Shown piece after piece: positions 27,754-32,000 of a DNA stretch of 32,000 nt. How positions within the stretch are numbered: the stretch's first letter is position 1; every line of letters begins with the position of its first letter. The DNA lies in the NCBI RefSeq assembly GCF_012571795.1, contig NZ_CP046222.1, positions 210,819-242,818 of the forward strand, in the 5' to 3' direction. The stretch is from Candidatus Saccharimonadota bacterium (GTDB taxonomy: Bacteria > Pseudomonadota > Gammaproteobacteria > Enterobacterales > Enterobacteriaceae). Made by a program: the position numbers and the translations under genes. Below the pieces are notes generated by a model. That model was not told the origin of the DNA, did no database searches, and worked only from the letters and a program-made list of their open reading frames with translations.

Positions 27754-28380
27754 TTATTCACGATGATAAATAATATTATCTACTAAACCATATTGCATTG
27801 CTTCCGTAGCAGATAAAAATCTATCTCTATCTGTATCTTTTTCAATAGTTTTTAAATTTTGTCCAGTATGTAAAGATAATAATTTATTTATATGTTTTTT
27901 AATTCTTAAAATTTCTTGAGTATGAATTTCTATATCAGTAGCTTGTCCTCTATAACCACCTATAGGTTGATGAATCATAACACGTGAATTAGGAAGACAA
28001 AAACGTTTATTTTTTTTACCAGATGCTAATATAAAAGCAGCCATAGAACATGCTTGTCCAATACAAATTGTGCTAATATCTGGTTTAACAAATTGCATAG
28101 TATCATATATAGACATTCCTGATGTAATAATTCCACCAGGGCTATTTATATAAAGATATATGTCTTTAATATTACTTTCTGATTCTAAAAATAATATTTG
28201 TGCTATAATAATATTAGCCATATTATCTTCAATAGTTCCTGTTAAAAAAATAATACGTTCTTTTAATAATCTAGAAAAAATATCATAAGATCTTTCACCC
28301 TTAGAATGTTGTTCAATAACCATAGGAACTAAATTAAGATAATTTGATATTACTTTATTATTTTGATTATCATATAACAT
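27754..28380 (-). CDS. clpP: ATP-dependent Clp protease proteolytic subunit ClpP (start moved to the first ATG)
   Basis: The Ser-His-Asp triad contexts [14 protein letters not shown] and DTDRDRF are present, and [30 protein letters not shown] is near-identical to E. coli. The track start at 28386 is a TTG. The ATG at 28380 has an AGGA Shine-Dalgarno 6 nt upstream. Confidence 0.95.
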   Translation of the reverse strand: MLYDNQNNKVISNYLNLVPMVIEQHSKGERSYDIFSRLLKERIIFLTGTIEDNMANIIIAQILFLESESNIKDIYLYINSPGGIITSGMSIYDTMQFVKPDISTICIGQACSMAAFILASGKKNKRFCLPNSRVMIHQPIGGYRGQATDIEIHTQEILRIKKHINKLLSLHTGQNLKTIEKDTDRDRFLSATEAMQYGLVDNIIYHRE

Positions 28381-28437
28381 GCTCAATCCTATTTTTATAT
28401 TATAAAAAATTTATATATAAAAAATATTTTTTATTAC

Positions 28438-29703
28438 TTATATATTAGAAAAATTAAATTTTATTTTTTTTATTTTCATATTTTTTATTATATTATTTAT
28501 AATTTGATATTCTAATGTATGAATAGATATTAGTTGTAATAAATATTTATTTTTAAAAATATTATTTATATATTTTTTATTAATATTATGATTAATATAA
28601 TTTACATAAGTAATTTCTTCAGTAATCATATCTAATATTAGATTCATATTAGATTTAATATTCATTTTTATAATTATTTGATTAATAAAAATTTTAAATA
28701 TAATATATTCTTTTATATTTTTTAACAATAGTTTTTGATATAAAATATTTGTTAATATACAATATTCATTGTATTCTTTATGTAATTTTAATTGTATTAA
28801 TGTATTATTAGATATTGTAATATTATTAAAATTTTTTAAAAAAATTTTAATAAAATTATGTAAAATAGCATTACGTATAATTTTTTTTTTAATTAATTCT
28901 AATTGTTTAATAGTATTATTATATAATATTTTATATGTAAAATGATTATTTACATTATATATATCTTTAGATATATATACTTCTTTTTTAATTTCAATTT
29001 TTTTAATATGAATAATAAAATTTTGTTTTGTATTTAATATATTTTTATTAGGATAATTATTCAATACAATCTTATTTAAATAAAATTCTTCATTATGTTT
29101 TTTATTTATTAATGCTATTTCTAAATCTTGAATAATATAATTTTCTTTATCTAAAACAATTTTTTTATTTTTAAGGACAAGATTGTTTTTATTATTTAAA
29201 TATATATCTATTGTTACTCTATCATTTATACTAATTACATAATTATTACTAGATATTAACCATGTAATATTTTTTATATAATTTTGTTTTATAATATTTT
29301 TTATATCTTGTTCTTGAATATTAATATCAGGTATTTCAATTACCATATTATTTAATTGTTGTATATCAAACTCATGACATTGATAATAACAAACATTAAA
29401 TGTTAAATTATATCCATATTTATATAGTTTATAATAAAATTTTGGTTGACCTATAATATTAATTTTTTTTTCATATATAAATTTATAAAACATATCATTC
29501 ATTAATTTATATAATACTTTTTTATAAGTATCTTTTACAAATAATTTAGTTATTAAACTTAAAGGTGCTTTACCTTTGCGAAAACCTTTAATATTCTTAT
29601 TTTGGGATATAATTAGCAATTCTTTTTGAATATGATCCATAATTATTTTTGATATAATAGTCATATTCATTTCTTTACTATATATTGGTATGAAATTCAT
29701 CAT
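28438..29703 (-). CDS. tig: Trigger factor (highly diverged)
   Basis: 421 aa. The ribosome-binding TF signature GFRKGKAP sits at the expected distance from the N-terminus. The DRVTID block matches E. coli. The position between bolA and clpP is as in E. coli. An AAGGA Shine-Dalgarno lies 6 nt upstream. Confidence 0.8.
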   Translation of the reverse strand: MMNFIPIYSKEMNMTIISKIIMDHIQKELLIISQNKNIKGFRKGKAPLSLITKLFVKDTYKKVLYKLMNDMFYKFIYEKKINIIGQPKFYYKLYKYGYNLTFNVCYYQCHEFDIQQLNNMVIEIPDINIQEQDIKNIIKQNYIKNITWLISSNNYVISINDRVTIDIYLNNKNNLVLKNKKIVLDKENYIIQDLEIALINKKHNEEFYLNKIVLNNYPNKNILNTKQNFIIHIKKIEIKKEVYISKDIYNVNNHFTYKILYNNTIKQLELIKKKIIRNAILHNFIKIFLKNFNNITISNNTLIQLKLHKEYNEYCILTNILYQKLLLKNIKEYIIFKIFINQIIIKMNIKSNMNLILDMITEEITYVNYINHNINKKYINNIFKNKYLLQLISIHTLEYQIINNIIKNMKIKKIKFNFSNI

Positions 29704-29759
29704 CTTGTATCCTTCTATAAAAAATATAATACTAATAAAATATATAATATATTATTATT

Positions 29760-30029
29760 TTAATTAAAATTGTTTTTTTTATTCCATTCAGATATAGAAT
29801 ATGTATTTAAAGATATTGAATGTATTTGTTTTAAAATATTATTTTCTAATATTTGATATATTAATTGATGTCGTTTTAATAAATTTTGATTATCAAATTG
29901 TTTGCAAACAATAATAATTTGTATATGTGTAATAATATTATTTTTTGGATTATGACTTGTATTATTAATTTTTAAATATATAGGTTTTAATTTAGTTTGC
30001 AATATTTCTTTGATTTTTTGAATAGTCAT
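29760..30029 (-). CDS. bolA: BolA-family protein
   Basis: 89 aa. The C-terminal part RHQLIYQIL....IHSISLNTYSISEW matches recalled E. coli BolA RHRMIYSTL....VHALALHTYTIKEW. It lies upstream of tig, as in E. coli. Confidence 0.8.
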   Translation of the reverse strand: MTIQKIKEILQTKLKPIYLKINNTSHNPKNNIITHIQIIIVCKQFDNQNLLKRHQLIYQILENNILKQIHSISLNTYSISEWNKKNNFN

Positions 30030-30139
30030 TTGTATATAATTCCTATATAATAAATATATAATTTATATATTTATTTTATGCAGAGTATATTTAATTATAA
30101 AATATTTTGAATGAAGTATTATTAAAATAAATTATTAAA

Positions 30140-30922
30140 TTAATTTGACTTCTGAGATAATAATAATTGTAATATATGTGAATGAGCTACTAAAATATTT
30201 TTAGAATATTTATAATTATAATGTCCTATAAAATCCGTTAGTAGACCACCTGATTCTTTAATTAGTAATTCGCCAGCAATAAAATAATAAAAATCTGTAA
30301 TATTATTATTTATATAACAGTTAATTTTATTAGATGATACATATGCTAAATCTAAAGCAATAGAACCACTAACACGTAATGACACTAAATATTGATGTAA
30401 TATATTTATAAAATTTATATTATTTTTACTGTAAAAAATATAATCTGGATTTAAACCTAATAAAAAATTATTATCTTTTTTATGTGAAAATTTTGTACAA
30501 CGTATTTTATACCCATTTAATTGAGTATTTTGGCCTCTTATAGCAGTAAATAAATCATTTCTTAATGGATCATAAACTAATGATACTTCTGTTTTTCCAT
30601 GAATACAGATAGCTATAGATATAGCAAAATGAGGTAATTTTTTAATAAAATTAACTATGCCATCTAATGGATTAATAATCCATGTGGTTTTTTTATATTT
30701 TAAAATTAATAATTCTTTTTTATTAGATACAATAATATTTTTAGAATATATATCATTTAATGATTTAATTGTAATTTTATTAATTAAACGTAACATTTTA
30801 ATAATAATAAAATTATAATTTTCTGTATGATTAAGATATTTTTTTTGTATTTCATAATATTGTAAAACTATATCTCCTATTTGTCGTACTATACGTATGG
30901 CAACATTAAGCATGGGACGCAT
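30140..30922 (-). CDS. suhB: SuhB / inositol-monophosphatase-family protein with substituted metal-binding residues
   Basis: 260 aa. It aligns without gaps with recalled E. coli SuhB over the first ~100 residues: [66 protein letters not shown], and [16 protein letters not shown]..QLNGY. Later blocks are [11 protein letters not shown] and AGELL..ESGG. Confidence 0.85.
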   Translation of the reverse strand: [260 protein letters not shown]

Positions 30923-31081
30923 ATTAGTTTTCTCACAAATTAATTTACATATAATTTATTATTCAATAATAAATTATATATTTTTTATATATATAGTGTA
31001 AACATATACAATATATATTTTATATATTATTATTTTTTTATATAATAACTTTAATGTTCTATTAATATATAATAAAAAATT

Positions 31082-31381
31082 ATGAATAATGTAACAAATA
31101 TTACAGATGATATACACCAAGACTTGCAAAATAAAGTTATATTATATATAACACAAAATATTAATCCTAAATTATTATATCATGGAGGATCTTTAAAATT
31201 AATAAAAATTACAAAAGAAAAAATAGCATTATTAAAATTTAATGGTGGATGTAAAGGATGCGCTATGAGTCAACAAACATTACATAATTGGATTGAAAAA
31301 CAATTATTAAATGAATTTCCAATATTACAAGGAATACGTGATATTACTATACATAAAAAAAATAATTTATCATATTTTTAG
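31082..31381 (+). CDS. nfuA: Fe-S cluster carrier, Nfu domain only (NfuA lacking its N-terminal A-type-like domain)
   Basis: 99 aa. It matches the C-terminal half of recalled E. coli NfuA (191 aa): INPKLLYHGGS/INPQLAGHGGR, FNGGCKGCAMS/FGGGCNGCSMV (CxxC retained), IEKQLLNEFP identical, and the ending LSYF/HSYY. Confidence 0.8.
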   Translation: MNNVTNITDDIHQDLQNKVILYITQNINPKLLYHGGSLKLIKITKEKIALLKFNGGCKGCAMSQQTLHNWIEKQLLNEFPILQGIRDITIHKKNNLSYF

Positions 31382-31446
31382 TTAGTATAACAAAATTTTT
31401 ATTAATATATTTTATATTATATAATTTCTATAAGGAATAATATTCT

Positions 31447-32000
31447 ATGCCAGTAATAGTGCCGGATAAATTACCAGCAATTGATATTTTAAAACAAGAA
31501 CATATTGTTGTATTATCTAATAAAAATATTCCTAAATATAATAATTCATATAAAATAATTAATATTTTATTATTAAATTTGATGTATAAAAAAATTGATA
31601 CAGAAAATCAAATTATTCGGTTATTATCATATTCACCATTATATATTAAATTAACTTTATTATATATCCATGATATACAATCACATAATATAAATTCTTT
31701 AAAACATACTAAAAAATTTTATTATACTTTAGAACAAATTATGCATAAAAAATATGATGGGTTAATTATTACTGGTGCACCATTAGGGTTAATTCCATTT
31801 TCTAAAATCAGATATTGGAATGATTTTGTACGTATTATTTATTGGTCTAAAGAACATGTGCATTCTATATTATCATTTTGTTGGTCTGTACAAGCTATTT
31901 TATATATATTATATAATATACCTAAATGTATTAGAAATACTAAATTATTAGGTATTTTTAAACATAAAATTGTATTAAAAAATAATTTGTTGGTTCAAGG
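31447..32000 (+). CDS. metA: Homoserine O-succinyltransferase, N-terminal part (runs off the window end). It is not in the ORF track.
   Basis: I translated it by hand as MPVIVPDKLPAIDILKQEHIVV...NILLLNLM.KKI.TENQIIRLLS.SPL...YDGLIITGAPLG...SFCWSVQAIL. Recalled E. coli MetA reads [70 protein letters not shown]. The catalytic Cys context is retained. An AAGGA Shine-Dalgarno lies about 9 nt upstream. The frame is open to nt 32000. Confidence 0.9.
   Translation, partial: MPVIVPDKLPAIDILKQEHIVVLSNKNIPKYNNSYKIINILLLNLMYKKIDTENQIIRLLSYSPLYIKLTLLYIHDIQSHNINSLKHTKKFYYTLEQIMHKKYDGLIITGAPLGLIPFSKIRYWNDFVRIIYWSKEHVHSILSFCWSVQAILYILYNIPKCIRNTKLLGIFKHKIVLKNNLLVQ

Noticed and set aside
28381-28386. TTG start for clpP given by the ORF track
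   Set aside because: An ATG two codons downstream (28380) has an AGGA Shine-Dalgarno at ideal spacing, so the TTG is probably just an extension made by the ORF finder.
1-32000. tRNA/rRNA/ncRNA genes, CRISPR arrays, IS elements, prophage or toxin-antitoxin/defence loci
   Set aside because: All spacers are short, nearly pure A/T, and lack the G/C-rich stems expected of structured RNAs. I saw no regularly spaced repeats or transposase-like ORFs. This was manual inspection only, so a tRNAscan/Infernal run would be needed for certainty.
1-32000. Alternative genetic code (UGA recoding, as in some tiny-genome symbionts)
   Set aside because: Under the standard bacterial code all genes reach E. coli-like lengths. 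Trp positions are encoded by TGG, and stops are TAA or TAG. Nothing requires recoding.

Overview
This window is gene-dense and extremely A+T-rich (by eye, about four-fifths or more A+T; not computed). It looks like a reduced, Enterobacterales-derived obligate (probably insect) endosymbiont. I support 24 protein-coding genes. Almost all are recognisable orthologues of E. coli K-12 housekeeping genes, and they sit in E. coli-like micro-synteny blocks with the intervening genes deleted: dapF'-uvrD-corA; ansP-like permease; sucAB; cydAB-cydX-tolQ; parE; aceEF-lpdA; dapE; lon-clpX-clpP-tig-bolA; suhB; nfuA (truncated); metA'. All protein comparisons are against E. coli sequences recalled from memory, not computed alignments. 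I found no rRNA, tRNA, CRISPR, IS or phage elements. The outlier is an intact 430-aa GH28 polygalacturonase (plant pectinase) gene at 21495-22787. It is wedged between lpdA and dapE at a synteny breakpoint, matches its flanks in composition, and has no visible signal peptide. This points to a digestive, pectinolytic symbiosis like those described for leaf-beetle symbionts (Stammera, Macropleicola), combined here with Lys/DAP and Met biosynthesis genes. Secondary observations are an orphan, decaying tolQ with no room for tolR/tolA; a SuhB that has lost its IMPase metal ligands; an AceF whose second lipoyl domain lacks the lipoyl-lysine; an NfuA reduced to its Nfu domain; sucAB retained without sucCD/sdh; a cydX micro-ORF missing from the ORF track; and long in-frame poly(A) tracts.
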